A stretch of DNA of 64,000 nt from IMG/VR virus record IMGVR_UViG_3300014204_006419. One strand, written 5' to 3'. The notes below the pieces were generated by a model. It worked only from the letters and a program-made list of their open reading frames with translations. It made no database searches and had not been told where the DNA came from. Origin of the DNA: a virus. Its lineage: Duplodnaviria > Heunggongvirae > Uroviricota > Caudoviricetes. A program made the translations under genes and the position numbers. Below are positions 9,073-18,433 of the stretch, piece by piece; positions within the stretch are counted from its first letter, which is position 1; each line of letters starts with the position of its first letter.

Positions 9073-9696
9073 TCACAAGAATGCTTCAACGTCCTTTCTT
9101 TCCTGCTCGGACACATCGACTCTTTTTATGCTGTGCTCCTCTTTGAAACCTTCGGGGTATCTCTTTCTAAGCTTTGCAACGTTAGCCTTCTCAACCTCAT
9201 CTCTAGATGCGTTGATTGAATGCATTGCCAATTCAGTGTACCAGAGAATATCTCCAAGTTCGTTGATTAGCTTGTCTCGGTCAAGCGGATGTCCCTGGAA
9301 CGTTGCCTTCTTGATGATGTCCATAAACTCCCCAGATTCTCCCGACATACCCATTGCCGCTGCGAGCAAACCCCAATTGTATTCTCCAGTAGGTGGTTTG
9401 ATATTTGCAGTTCTGAGCACTTCTTTACGATACGCTTCTTGTGATATTCCATCTTCTGATACTTCGCAAATTTCAAATGTATTATTGCATCCAGTACACC
9501 TAAGTTCTTTTCCAACTTTTGGTTTTGATAATTCTACTGAAATTAAGTTTACTTTACATAGTGGGCACTTGAATCTCATTCCGTATTCTACCCCTATTTC
9601 TGTGTTGTTGATTATTTCAACTTTTACTTTTTGAGTTTCGGATTCCATTCGCATCACCAAATTCTCATTACGTTTGTTTCGTTCTGACAGATACAT
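9073..9696 (-). CDS. MazG-like NTP pyrophosphohydrolase with N-terminal zinc ribbon
   Basis: C-terminal ELGDILWYTELAMHSINASRDEVEKANVAKLRKR resembles the MazG/all-alpha NTP-PPase EExGDxL..K..R motif. N-terminal CPLCKV..CTGC. Confidence 0.5.
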   Translation of the reverse strand: MYLSERNKRNENLVMRMESETQKVKVEIINNTEIGVEYGMRFKCPLCKVNLISVELSKPKVGKELRCTGCNNTFEICEVSEDGISQEAYRKEVLRTANIKPPTGEYNWGLLAAAMGMSGESGEFMDIIKKATFQGHPLDRDKLINELGDILWYTELAMHSINASRDEVEKANVAKLRKRYPEGFKEEHSIKRVDVSEQERKDVEAFL

Positions 9697-10007
9697 CTAT
9701 CTGACCGTGCCATTCCACTGCCAGTAAGCTCATATCTGAAATCGGTATATTTATCCTTGGTACAGTCGTCTCCGCATTTAATACAACTTTCCACAGTTTG
9801 GAGATTGTTTTTGCATTGAGTATAGTTCGTAGTCTGAGATAATTGTATGTAGTGATTTGCTTGTGTTTGAATTTGTGAATCAATTGGTGCCCAGATTATG
9901 AATGCTAGGATAGCACTTACAATTAAAATAAATAGTCCGTATGTCCATTCTTCCATAATTAATCTCCTCTTCGAATACGTCCACAGCAGGAACACTGTAT
10001 ACAGCAA
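9654..10007 (-). CDS. TM + Cys-rich extracellular domain protein (paralog of 29664..29951)
   Basis: Shares C(I/V)KCGDDC(T/S)K and a C-terminal (R/K)IW with the ORF at 29664..29951. Confidence 0.4.
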   Translation of the reverse strand: MLYTVFLLWTYSKRRLIMEEWTYGLFILIVSAILAFIIWAPIDSQIQTQANHYIQLSQTTNYTQCKNNLQTVESCIKCGDDCTKDKYTDFRYELTGSGMARSDRCICQNETNVMRIW

Positions 10008-10390
10008 ATCCAGTTTGGTGAAAAATATTTATATTGTTTGTCTGCATCACCGCAGTACGGACAAATCAAATCGTCCAGATATTCGGTTGGCTCTGGGTAT
10101 GAGTTATTCTTGCGTGTAGCAATTTCGTAGAAAGAATTTCTCCAGTATTTGACTTGATTTTCTAGGGATTCGTTTCTTGCTGCTTCTGCTTTATTTTTTA
10201 TTGTACCTACTTTGTAGCAAGCATCTAAAAAGTCTAGAATTGCACAAACGAATAATCCCAGAACTACTCCTATAAATGAATATATAAATCCTGTTAGTAG
10301 GTGCCCGAATATAAGTCCAATTGTGGAAAATGCGAGTATGTATACTCCACCAAATTCAATGCCACTTTTAAGATAACTCGTACAAATCAC
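9959..10390 (-). CDS. membrane protein with C-terminal zinc ribbon (PTEYLDDLIC family)
   Basis: 143 aa. EPTEYLDDLICPYCGD...CCIQCSCCG. Tandem paralog of the next gene. Confidence 0.4.
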   Translation of the reverse strand: MICTSYLKSGIEFGGVYILAFSTIGLIFGHLLTGFIYSFIGVVLGLFVCAILDFLDACYKVGTIKNKAEAARNESLENQVKYWRNSFYEIATRKNNSYPEPTEYLDDLICPYCGDADKQYKYFSPNWICCIQCSCCGRIRRGD

Positions 10391-10733
10391 CCTCTTGTAT
10401 ATCTCTGCAATTCTTGCAACTTATATATTTCCTGCCTATGTGATTTACACTGTGACGTACCACATCAAATTCAACTCCTCCGCAGTTTATGCAGATTAAG
10501 TCGTCTAGGTACTCTGTTGGTTTTGGATAACGGCAGTTCAATTCGATTTCACGTCGTTCACGATTCTTTGATATTGTGTGGAGTTCGTTTAGATTCCATA
10601 ATAGGTATAGAACTAAGATTACGATTAATTCGATGATTGATAAAATAAATATAACTAGTGTCTGCCCAGTAATGAGTGCAATAAAAAGATTGACTAATCC
10701 AAGTTTGATACAACCCTTTAGTAGTTCGTTCAT
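10368..10733 (-). CDS. membrane protein with C-terminal zinc ribbon (PTEYLDDLIC family)
   Basis: 121 aa. KPTEYLDDLICINCGG...CKNC. Downstream of leader module copy E. Confidence 0.45.
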   Translation of the reverse strand: MNELLKGCIKLGLVNLFIALITGQTLVIFILSIIELIVILVLYLLWNLNELHTISKNRERREIELNCRYPKPTEYLDDLICINCGGVEFDVVRHSVNHIGRKYISCKNCRDIQEGDLYELS

Positions 10734-10800
10734 TTAAATCATCCCAACGGTCATCCGTTCATGTAGTATCTCTGTACGCCAATATATTTAAACCTATCTA
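10734..10800 (-). promoter_or_regulatory. conserved promoter/5'-leader module, copy E (subfamily 2; hairpin 10746-10759)
   Basis: Minus strand: GGTTTAAATATATTGGCGTACAGAGATACTACATG-AACGG-ATGA-CCGTT-GGGATGATTTAA-ATG. Confidence 0.6.
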
Positions 10801-12005
10801 AGAAAATTGTACAACCCCGTCTTTATTGCCAAGTCCTTCAGGAACTTGTTTGCTTTCTTCTGCCTGAATCCCTCAGTCATCTGGTAAATCTTCTTCTGCT
10901 GCTCTTTGGGATATGCATCTGAAGTCGGCTCTGCTAGATTTCCAAAGAACTGGGCATCGTCTGGTTTATCGCTTTGTGGTAGCAGATAAGAGAAGGTTGC
11001 ACGAATCTTCTTCTGCTTGACCCATTCTACTGCCCTCAAATCGGTTTCATAGGTGCTTCCTGGCAATCCGATTATGAAGTACGCATTTACCATTAGGTCT
11101 GCAGCCTTTGCCCATTCCACTGCTCTGTCTATCTGTTCGAACGATTCTCCCTTCTGGATTGTCTTCAGAACTTCATTATCTATGCTTTCTACTCCAAATG
11201 ATACTTCGTTACAACCAGACATCTTCATTGCCTTGAACATCTGTTGTGAACATCTGTCTGCTCTCAATCCATTCGCTGCTTTCCATTTCAGATTCAATGG
11301 GATGATTAAATCGCAGAAGTCGATTACTCTTTCTATGTCCATATTGAATGCGTCGTCCATTACCATGAAGTAATTGATTCCCCATTTTCTCTTTGCTCTC
11401 CATAGTTCGTCAAAGCAGTTTTGTGCAGACCTTGCAGCCCATCCACGATTTCTTGCAGCACAGTAAACACATCTCGCGGGGCAGCCAACCTCTGTTAAGA
11501 TTGGATAATAGCGTTCTCCATTCTGCCAGGACTTTGCTAGTAGTGAGAATGTATCAAAGTTCTCATATTTTGGAAAAGGCATATTGTCTCCGAATCTTCC
11601 ACCTACATATCTATTGTTCTCGAATGTGGAATACTTGAAACAACATAGTTCGTCTACTGCGCAAGTGATTGATTCTGCGTTGGGATATTTCTCTTTTATT
11701 GCTCTTGCGTGAGATGCTTGTGGTGAACGGAATGAAATAGAGATTGGCTCTTGAAAGTCTAATCTCTTCGAGTTCACGGTGTTGCAGTCGATTACTTTTT
11801 CGTCTGTAATTGCTGCTTCGTAGCCTGCAGCTACATCGGGGAAATGTGTATAGAACTCAGTCTTTCCTGACGGGATTACAATCATGCTTCCACCTCGGTT
11901 CCTGTTTTCTCGAATACGTGCAAGCTTGGATGAATTCCGACTCTCTTGCAGTTTGGACACCACTTCATCTGAGATTCTTTCATTGTGACCATTTCGTATC
12001 CGCAC
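10794..12005 (-). CDS. radical SAM enzyme (mid-protein Cx3Cx2C, N-terminal extension, possibly cobalamin-binding class)
   Basis: CPARCVYC motif at about residue 175. 403 aa. Confidence 0.6.
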   Translation of the reverse strand: MRIRNGHNERISDEVVSKLQESRNSSKLARIRENRNRGGSMIVIPSGKTEFYTHFPDVAAGYEAAITDEKVIDCNTVNSKRLDFQEPISISFRSPQASHARAIKEKYPNAESITCAVDELCCFKYSTFENNRYVGGRFGDNMPFPKYENFDTFSLLAKSWQNGERYYPILTEVGCPARCVYCAARNRGWAARSAQNCFDELWRAKRKWGINYFMVMDDAFNMDIERVIDFCDLIIPLNLKWKAANGLRADRCSQQMFKAMKMSGCNEVSFGVESIDNEVLKTIQKGESFEQIDRAVEWAKAADLMVNAYFIIGLPGSTYETDLRAVEWVKQKKIRATFSYLLPQSDKPDDAQFFGNLAEPTSDAYPKEQQKKIYQMTEGFRQKKANKFLKDLAIKTGLYNFLR

Positions 12006-12044
12006 TTCTTACATCTTTCTGTTAGATAGATTATTTCCATATTC

Positions 12045-12485
12045 TCACTCTTTTGGTGCGGGCAAAGCCAACGTCTTGTCCTTGATTAACTCATACATTG
12101 TCTTTTGCCCATTAAATGCATAAGGAAGCAAGACTTGTTCGGGTTCTGCTTGTCCCGATGCGATTATTGAAAGCTGTGCGTGAAGCCAATCTTTCAAAAC
12201 TCTCCACGCAACTCTGTTTGCTCTTTCTCTTAGATTCACTGCGTAGTTAGTCGTGTGCCTGGTTCTCTTTGGTGTTAATATCATCTTAACACCTTCCACG
12301 TTTATTGGAAGCTTGTATCCTGTTTCTTTGATTTTAAATAACAATGCGGTTGTGGTTCCGTCGCTCATGTACGATTTCATGATGTCGGATGCGCCGAACT
12401 TCACTAGCAATGTTTCAACTTCTGCAATCGACTTCGATGCTGGAACACTCGTCGTGTAATTCTTCAACTTGAATTCATTTCCCAT
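12045..12485 (-). CDS. hypothetical protein
   Basis: 146-aa ORF. SD context GGGGAATGATTTGAATG. Confidence 0.4.
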   Translation of the reverse strand: MGNEFKLKNYTTSVPASKSIAEVETLLVKFGASDIMKSYMSDGTTTALLFKIKETGYKLPINVEGVKMILTPKRTRHTTNYAVNLRERANRVAWRVLKDWLHAQLSIIASGQAEPEQVLLPYAFNGQKTMYELIKDKTLALPAPKE

Positions 12486-12648
12486 TCAAATCATTCCCCT
12501 CAGTTTTTTTATCGTAATTATGCTTCCATCTAGACTTATTCTTTCATTCAAATCTTTTGATTTTGAATATCTTTCCTTTAGACGTTCCTGTTCTTGAACT
12601 AGCCAGGTTCTCATTGCTTTAATAGATTTTAGTCTTAGTTTCATAGTA

Positions 12649-12855
12649 TCAGTCCTTGAATCTAAGTGCTTCTGAATTTCCTACTGCTCTTGCATATTCG
12701 TATTCATCGCATCTGTCTGCGTGCATGTGAATACACTGGTCGTGTACATCTGATTTGATACACATTAATTCGTCTTCTTTGTGGAATCGTTCTCCGCACA
12801 TAAAACATCTTGATAACGTCTTTCCGCAACAATCACACTTTGCCATCGTGCTCAC
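12649..12855 (-). CDS. small zinc-ribbon protein
   Basis: 68 aa. CDCCGK..CFMCGE plus His/Cys cluster. Confidence 0.35.
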   Translation of the reverse strand: MSTMAKCDCCGKTLSRCFMCGERFHKEDELMCIKSDVHDQCIHMHADRCDEYEYARAVGNSEALRFKD

Positions 12856-13582
12856 CTATTATTTCTTCTGCTCGTTTGAAATCATCTGGAGTATTCACGT
12901 TTACGTAATCTCCGTAGAAATTCGCTGCCTTGAAATCTTCTCTCATGCTTATCGCGGTTTGCAGAATATCTGTGAGTTCTATCTTTCCAGTTCTGGTATT
13001 TCTTGCGGTTGCTGGGATTTTCTTGAAGATGTTCTTGTCCAACAGATAGTATCCCATGCCCATATTCTGATTCATCAGTTGCAAAGTCGGTTTTTCGATT
13101 ACTCTAGTGATTTGATTGTCCTTTTCAAGCACCGCGTAACTTGTCTTTATCTTTTCTGGATTCACTTCCATTGCGTCTACGAACAAGCAGTTCTTTGCGT
13201 CAGGAAGCGAAAATAAACCACGGCAGATACAGTCTCCGAGAATTAACATGAATCTATCGGGCATTACCGCTTCGGCACTTCTCAATGCTCCTCCAAGTCC
13301 ATCTCCCATCCAATCGTTCTGAGCAATCATTGGATTGATGTCTAATTCCTTGCAGACCTTCACGATTGTTTCTCTGGTTTCTTCGTGTTGGTGCCCTGTT
13401 ATGAAAACCATGTTGCCTATATCCTTGCTCCAAGTCTTCAAATTCCAGTACAGAATTGGTTTGCCTTTGATTTCCTTTATTGTCTTCTGGTTTCCACCCA
13501 TTCGCTCTGACTTTCCTCCTACGAATACTAGAGCGTAATTCTCCTTTCGATTATTTGAACCAAGCCATTGTTTTAAGTGCAT
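12833..13582 (-). CDS. sugar-phosphate nucleotidyltransferase (NDP-sugar pyrophosphorylase-like)
   Basis: N-terminal LVFVGGKSERMG resembles the GxGxR(L/M) nucleotidyltransferase signature. 249 aa. Sits inside the glycosylation island. Confidence 0.6.
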   Translation of the reverse strand: MHLKQWLGSNNRKENYALVFVGGKSERMGGNQKTIKEIKGKPILYWNLKTWSKDIGNMVFITGHQHEETRETIVKVCKELDINPMIAQNDWMGDGLGGALRSAEAVMPDRFMLILGDCICRGLFSLPDAKNCLFVDAMEVNPEKIKTSYAVLEKDNQITRVIEKPTLQLMNQNMGMGYYLLDKNIFKKIPATARNTRTGKIELTDILQTAISMREDFKAANFYGDYVNVNTPDDFKRAEEIIGEHDGKV

Positions 13583-13714
13583 ATTTAACCACCCTGATAG
13601 TATCTTACCAAGAACATTGCTGCGATGCAGAATATTGCGAATAAAAATATGAAAGCGATTGCTGAAATCTTTTCTGTTGTATTTACATAGAAATATTCCG
13701 TCACGTTCATAGTA

Positions 13715-13948
13715 TCACTCACTCAACCAAATTGCCAACAACACGATTACTAGATTCAGTATAATTGCGATTACCCATGGCATCAGTGCATCACATATCT
13801 CATTTGTGTTCATAGTATTTCTCCACCGTTCAACCAAATCGTAACTAAAAGTATTGAACCAACTATACACACTGCAATACCTACAGCGATTAGATATGGT
13901 ATGGATACACGAAACAAATCTGCTAACGAATCGGATGGGGTCACACAA
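13715..13948 (-). CDS. small membrane protein
   Basis: 77 aa, C-terminal TM helix. Confidence 0.3.
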   Translation of the reverse strand: MCDPIRFVSRFVSCIHTISNRCRYCSVYSWFNTFSYDLVERWRNTMNTNEICDALMPWVIAIILNLVIVLLAIWLSE

Positions 13949-15092
13949 GCACCTCGTATACTTTCTTTATCTTTTCAATGTTCTTCTCTGGATTGTAGTA
14001 ATCTTGTGCAAACTCTTTAGCAGCGATTCCAAAATCTGCGTTTACCGCTTCGGTTATCTTTGCTGCCAAATCTGCTGCATTTAATTCAGCTAGCAATCCC
14101 GTCTTCCCATCCTGGACAATCTCAGGAATTCCTCCAACCTTTGTTGAAACAACATTCTTTCCTAAGAGCATTGCTTCACTTAGAATCACTGGAGACATGT
14201 TATCCCAGATTTCAGGTATGCAAATAACATTCGAAGACATGAACTCCTTTTCATATTCTTCTTTGGACAATCTCTCGGTTGTCAGAGTAACCCCAATCTT
14301 CTCGCATTCTTCTTTGATTTGGTTGGTGTATTTATTGTTTGTGTTCATCCCTGCAAATCTGAATTCAATATCCTTGCAAAGTGCTGCTGCAGATAGCAGT
14401 AGTTCTATTCCCTTGTTCGGTGAAATCCAGCCTGCCCAGAATACTTTGTTCTTCTTGACTGCAACTTCTTTGAAATCTGGGCGTGTGATAGGAAGCTGAA
14501 TCACTTCAACTTTTGCATTTGGTACGAACTGCTGAATCTTCTTCTTCGAATCTTCAGTCAATGCGATGAATGTATTCACTTTTGAGTATGCGTCTTTCAT
14601 TTGATTTTCAATGAGTTTCTTTTGAACTTTGCATCTGAAGCAAGTACCTGCGTATGGGTAGTTACATCTTTCGTTGTCGTCATCTAGATAGGTTCCCTTT
14701 GGACATCCGATTCCCCAGTAGTCATAGATGCTTGCGACTATTGGTTTGTTTAGTTCATTTGCTGCGATAATTGGGGAGATTCCAAACTTGTTGAATTTGT
14801 GAAGATGAACCACTTCTGCGTAAGTTAGAACTGTCTTCAAATCTTTTGTCAGAATCATTGAGTTAGGTGCGAATGAGTTCATCATCCTTCCGAGTATTCC
14901 ATTTTCAGTGAATGGAGAATTAACGGAAACTAATCTTTCATTCATGCCCCAACCATCTTTGATTCCTTTGCTCGATACTATACAAGTGTGGTCTTCAGGC
15001 ATTCTGTTTAGTATGCTTTCTGCTGCTGCTTCCGCGCCACCTGTGTTATTATGCCAGCTTGTCAATTCGTTTGATATGTGATATACTTTCAT
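13941..15092 (-). CDS. glycosyltransferase, GT4 family
   Basis: 383 aa. PEIWDNMSPVILSEAMLLGKNVVSTKVGGIPEIVQDGKTGLL C-terminal GT4 motif. Confidence 0.7.
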   Translation of the reverse strand: MKVYHISNELTSWHNNTGGAEAAAESILNRMPEDHTCIVSSKGIKDGWGMNERLVSVNSPFTENGILGRMMNSFAPNSMILTKDLKTVLTYAEVVHLHKFNKFGISPIIAANELNKPIVASIYDYWGIGCPKGTYLDDDNERCNYPYAGTCFRCKVQKKLIENQMKDAYSKVNTFIALTEDSKKKIQQFVPNAKVEVIQLPITRPDFKEVAVKKNKVFWAGWISPNKGIELLLSAAALCKDIEFRFAGMNTNNKYTNQIKEECEKIGVTLTTERLSKEEYEKEFMSSNVICIPEIWDNMSPVILSEAMLLGKNVVSTKVGGIPEIVQDGKTGLLAELNAADLAAKITEAVNADFGIAAKEFAQDYYNPEKNIEKIKKVYEVLV

Positions 15093-15280
15093 GCTTTCAC
15101 CTTCGACTTTATTAGCATTTTGTCTAGCTCTACTTTCACTGCATTTTTTTGTGATGTCAGCGATGTTATCCTGCTATTCAGCATATTTATTTTGTCGTCT
15201 AGGACAGCTATCCAATCAATTAAGTTTTGTGCAGCTCGTTTATCCGTATACTTCTTTGGTCTTCCAATTTGTTTTTCCAT
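15089..15280 (-). CDS. small coiled-coil protein
   Basis: 63 aa, charged heptad-like sequence. Confidence 0.3.
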   Translation of the reverse strand: MEKQIGRPKKYTDKRAAQNLIDWIAVLDDKINMLNSRITSLTSQKNAVKVELDKMLIKSKVKA

Positions 15281-15422
15281 TTAAATCAACTACCTGACAT
15301 CAGTTTATTTCTTCTTCTAATGTTGCCTTCTTGATTTCGCTTTTTTACTTTAGCTGCGAATTCTGGGTCGGTTAGCATTCGTTCTCTCTTGCGTAGTGTT
15401 CTTGAAACATTTCCTGTCATCG

Positions 15423-17933
15423 CTATCCACTCATCGACATTCCTACATTCTTGTATATCTTCACTTGCGAATTATCGAATACTTTTGTGAATCCGTCTAG
15501 CTGTCCTAGGAAGAACGCAGAATAAAAGTTCGAGTCATAGAACTTTCCCTTTCTGTCTGCCCATCCACTGATTCCATCCTGCCAGACTGAAGAATCTTTG
15601 AAGTATAGTAGCATATAAACTACATACTGCTTTCCATTGGCTTGCGTTAGTTGAGGGCTGACTGGGATTGCACGATTCTGCTTAGTCATATTGTCTTGAT
15701 ATACCATTACTCCGTTTGTTGTGTTCATGCAGTACTTTTCTCCAAGAGTTGATTGTACTCTAATCATTCCGTTTGTGCAGTAATCAGATATACTGCTTGT
15801 GCTGCTCTCTGGAACAAATATGTACTCTGGACTGTGCTCCTTCTCGCAGTTAGATGAACCAATTCCATATGTCTTTGCATAGGTCATATTTGTTTCGTTG
15901 TTATCTACGCAGGACAAGAAGTTCAGTGCACCCCATTTCTGGATTAAGTCAACGTCGAATACTGCATAGGTTGAATTATAGGTCTGCATGAATTGTGAAA
16001 GCGATTCTGGACTTGCATTTACATATTCGTTTGCAACCATCAGGTCTAGAGTTGTGTTTGTGTGGTCATTTCTTGTCAAGCAATCTCTTTCTCCGAAATA
16101 GTTAATCCAGTGTCCATAATCCCACCATGAAACGATTCTTGAATCATTCGTTGTATTATATTTTATGAAGTCCATTGTTTGCGTCCAGTACGCTGGTAAC
16201 TTTGAGCAGTACAGGTATGTTGGTGTTTCCAGTCCATCGTTCTGCATCTTTGCGCAGTCTACAGTATCGTTTGTGAAATAATTTCCTACGCTTACTTGAA
16301 TTAGGTTTGGCACGGCTCCATCAAAACGCATTGTCGCTAAGTTCGGTTCTAGCAAAGTTATTGCCAAGAATGCTACGATTATCGTGTTCACTAGTTTCTT
16401 GTCTTTCATTCTTCTTTCTAATTCTCCGAGCAGTATTCCGATTGACAAGATAAGCATCAAGCCCAGTTGCAAGAGATACTTGCTCTTCATTATTCCGATG
16501 AATGAAATCGGGAATATCAAGAGCAGAAGCAAGATTGCGACCTTTGAGCCTTTGTAAGCATTGTAGCCCAATACTAATGCTGTTGCTGCAAGTACTAAAT
16601 GAATGAACGATATGCCTGGCAATATTTGGTATCCTAGAATATCAAACGCTCCAGATAACTGACCCATTGTTGGTGCTTCTTCTGCCACGGTCATAAATAA
16701 TGCTTCACTGGTTCCTGCAAATCCAACTGCAGTCATTACGTAGTCTTTTATCATTCCAGCCAATGGCGTGATGAATAATAGAACTACAAACGCAATTGAA
16801 ACGTATTCAAGTACTTTGATTCTATCTTTCTGTTCTTTGACAAATTTGTTTCCTGCTACCCATAGAGCAACTGCAAACAAGTATGGCAGAAGTACTACTG
16901 CAACTCTTGTTATCAATGGGTATCCTGGAACATATGTTGACATGATTATCGCGGTTGCTAATATTGTGCCAACTATGATTCCGTTGTGGATTAAGAATTC
17001 TTTTGTGTCTTCTTTCTTGATGAAGTCCAGTGTTGCTCTTACTCCAAGATATGCCCCATAAACTAGTGAGAGCACAATGAAGTACTGCGACCCTGCGATT
17101 ACACTTATCGCTGCGATTGCCGAGAGGATTGCGAATTTAACATCCTTTCTGTTTACTAGGAGAACATATGCTGCGATGAAGAACATCAATGCGAATATTC
17201 CGTATGGCTGAATTTCTGCTTCTCCAGCTGCAAACTTTTGGATAAGCAATGGAAGTACTGCTGCTAACCCCGCTGCAACTAATCCAACTTTTGTAGTGTA
17301 CATCTCTCTGATGATTATGAACACCAGGAAACAAATCAGCATTCCGACAATTGGTGGATATATGTTTGAAACTACGGTCAGCATATCTTGGTTAAATGTA
17401 GTTCCTTGCGATAACGAATACCAGTTTGCTTCAAGATAGTTTGAAACTGGCGCGAGCCTGTGTCCACCACCTTGTGGGAACCATGCAGTAAAATCATGAA
17501 TTGGTATGCTTCCTTGGGTCAATATGTATTGTGTTGTGAAAATGTAGTAGTACGGGTCGAACTCGTAGAAGGTTGTTGAAAGACTTTGCATCCTTGCCCA
17601 TAAAGCGAAGACCATGATTAGAACTAGGATTACATATGGCAGACTTTTCTTGCTTAGCAGGTCTGGAAGTTGGAGGTTTAGTTTTGGTATTCCAGTTATG
17701 AAACATGAGAGCAACAATAATCCCGCGTTGATTACGAATGCTAATTCATAGCTGTACGAAATTCCGATTAATGAAGTCAAGAATAATATGAATGCGGGGA
17801 GCATCATACTTGTACAGATTCCGAATATGATTTTGTCGATTAGATTGAGCTTTGTATTTTTGAGTAATCCCAGCGTTATAAGAACGCTAGGCAATATCCC
17901 AAATAAAACAAGTGCAAAATAGTTAATGTCCAT
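15423..17933 (-). CDS. aglB: oligosaccharyltransferase AglB/STT3
   Basis: 836 aa. About 13 N-terminal TM helices. Diagnostic WWDYGHW motif (SWWDYGHWINYFGER) in the periplasmic C-terminal domain. Confidence 0.85.
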   Translation of the reverse strand: MDINYFALVLFGILPSVLITLGLLKNTKLNLIDKIIFGICTSMMLPAFILFLTSLIGISYSYELAFVINAGLLLLSCFITGIPKLNLQLPDLLSKKSLPYVILVLIMVFALWARMQSLSTTFYEFDPYYYIFTTQYILTQGSIPIHDFTAWFPQGGGHRLAPVSNYLEANWYSLSQGTTFNQDMLTVVSNIYPPIVGMLICFLVFIIIREMYTTKVGLVAAGLAAVLPLLIQKFAAGEAEIQPYGIFALMFFIAAYVLLVNRKDVKFAILSAIAAISVIAGSQYFIVLSLVYGAYLGVRATLDFIKKEDTKEFLIHNGIIVGTILATAIIMSTYVPGYPLITRVAVVLLPYLFAVALWVAGNKFVKEQKDRIKVLEYVSIAFVVLLFITPLAGMIKDYVMTAVGFAGTSEALFMTVAEEAPTMGQLSGAFDILGYQILPGISFIHLVLAATALVLGYNAYKGSKVAILLLLLIFPISFIGIMKSKYLLQLGLMLILSIGILLGELERRMKDKKLVNTIIVAFLAITLLEPNLATMRFDGAVPNLIQVSVGNYFTNDTVDCAKMQNDGLETPTYLYCSKLPAYWTQTMDFIKYNTTNDSRIVSWWDYGHWINYFGERDCLTRNDHTNTTLDLMVANEYVNASPESLSQFMQTYNSTYAVFDVDLIQKWGALNFLSCVDNNETNMTYAKTYGIGSSNCEKEHSPEYIFVPESSTSSISDYCTNGMIRVQSTLGEKYCMNTTNGVMVYQDNMTKQNRAIPVSPQLTQANGKQYVVYMLLYFKDSSVWQDGISGWADRKGKFYDSNFYSAFFLGQLDGFTKVFDNSQVKIYKNVGMSMSG

Positions 17934-17938
17934 TCAAA

Positions 17939-18433
17939 TCAGTCCTCAAACTTTTCTCCTTTAAATCCAGCACCTACTGTAAATGCATCCCACATTCTGT
18001 ACAAACGAGCTACTTGCTGAATCTGTTCGTTCGTTGGGCAGTACCTACTATCCTCACGTTGGTTGTTTCTATGAATAGTAATTAGTTCTGCTTCGGGGAA
18101 TTCTCTTTTGAATCTAACTCTTGCTTCTATAAGAGTTTCTTTCTTGCTCTCGGCTTTTAGATGGTCTATTTCTCCTTTCCTCTTTAATGCGCATAGCATC
18201 CATCTGTCTCGGTCTTTCGCTTGCTTTAGACCCCATTCCATTGGCACATTCCAGAAATCAATAAGATAAGAACGAAGAAGTGTAGCGGTCATAATTTTGT
18301 TAGTGAATTTCCCATCTTCTCCAACTTTTGATACTCCAGCTAGATTTTCAAGTAGGTCGAGTTGGTCGTATTCAGATTTGTTAATCCAGCGATTCCAAAA
18401 TCCCAATGGACTGTTGTTAATCGGTTTAGCCAT
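17939..18433 (-). CDS. hypothetical protein
   Basis: 164-aa ORF immediately downstream of a small TM ORF and upstream of aglB. Confidence 0.4.
   Translation of the reverse strand: MAKPINNSPLGFWNRWINKSEYDQLDLLENLAGVSKVGEDGKFTNKIMTATLLRSYLIDFWNVPMEWGLKQAKDRDRWMLCALKRKGEIDHLKAESKKETLIEARVRFKREFPEAELITIHRNNQREDSRYCPTNEQIQQVARLYRMWDAFTVGAGFKGEKFED

Noticed and set aside
8987-9634. 215-aa plus-strand S/L-rich ORF
   Set aside because: It is antisense to the MazG-like gene 9073..9696 and has a low-complexity translation. It is a shadow ORF.
10301-10636. Plus-strand 111-aa Cys-rich ORF
   Set aside because: It is antisense to the two PTEYLDDLIC paralogs. Its cysteines mirror the zinc-ribbon codons on the other strand. 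It is a shadow.
16768-17706. Small ORFs inside aglB on either strand (16768..17061 +, 17137..17334 -, 17494..17706 -)
   Set aside because: They are embedded in the 836-aa AglB reading frame, which has a diagnostic WWDYG motif. They are out-of-frame or antisense artefacts.
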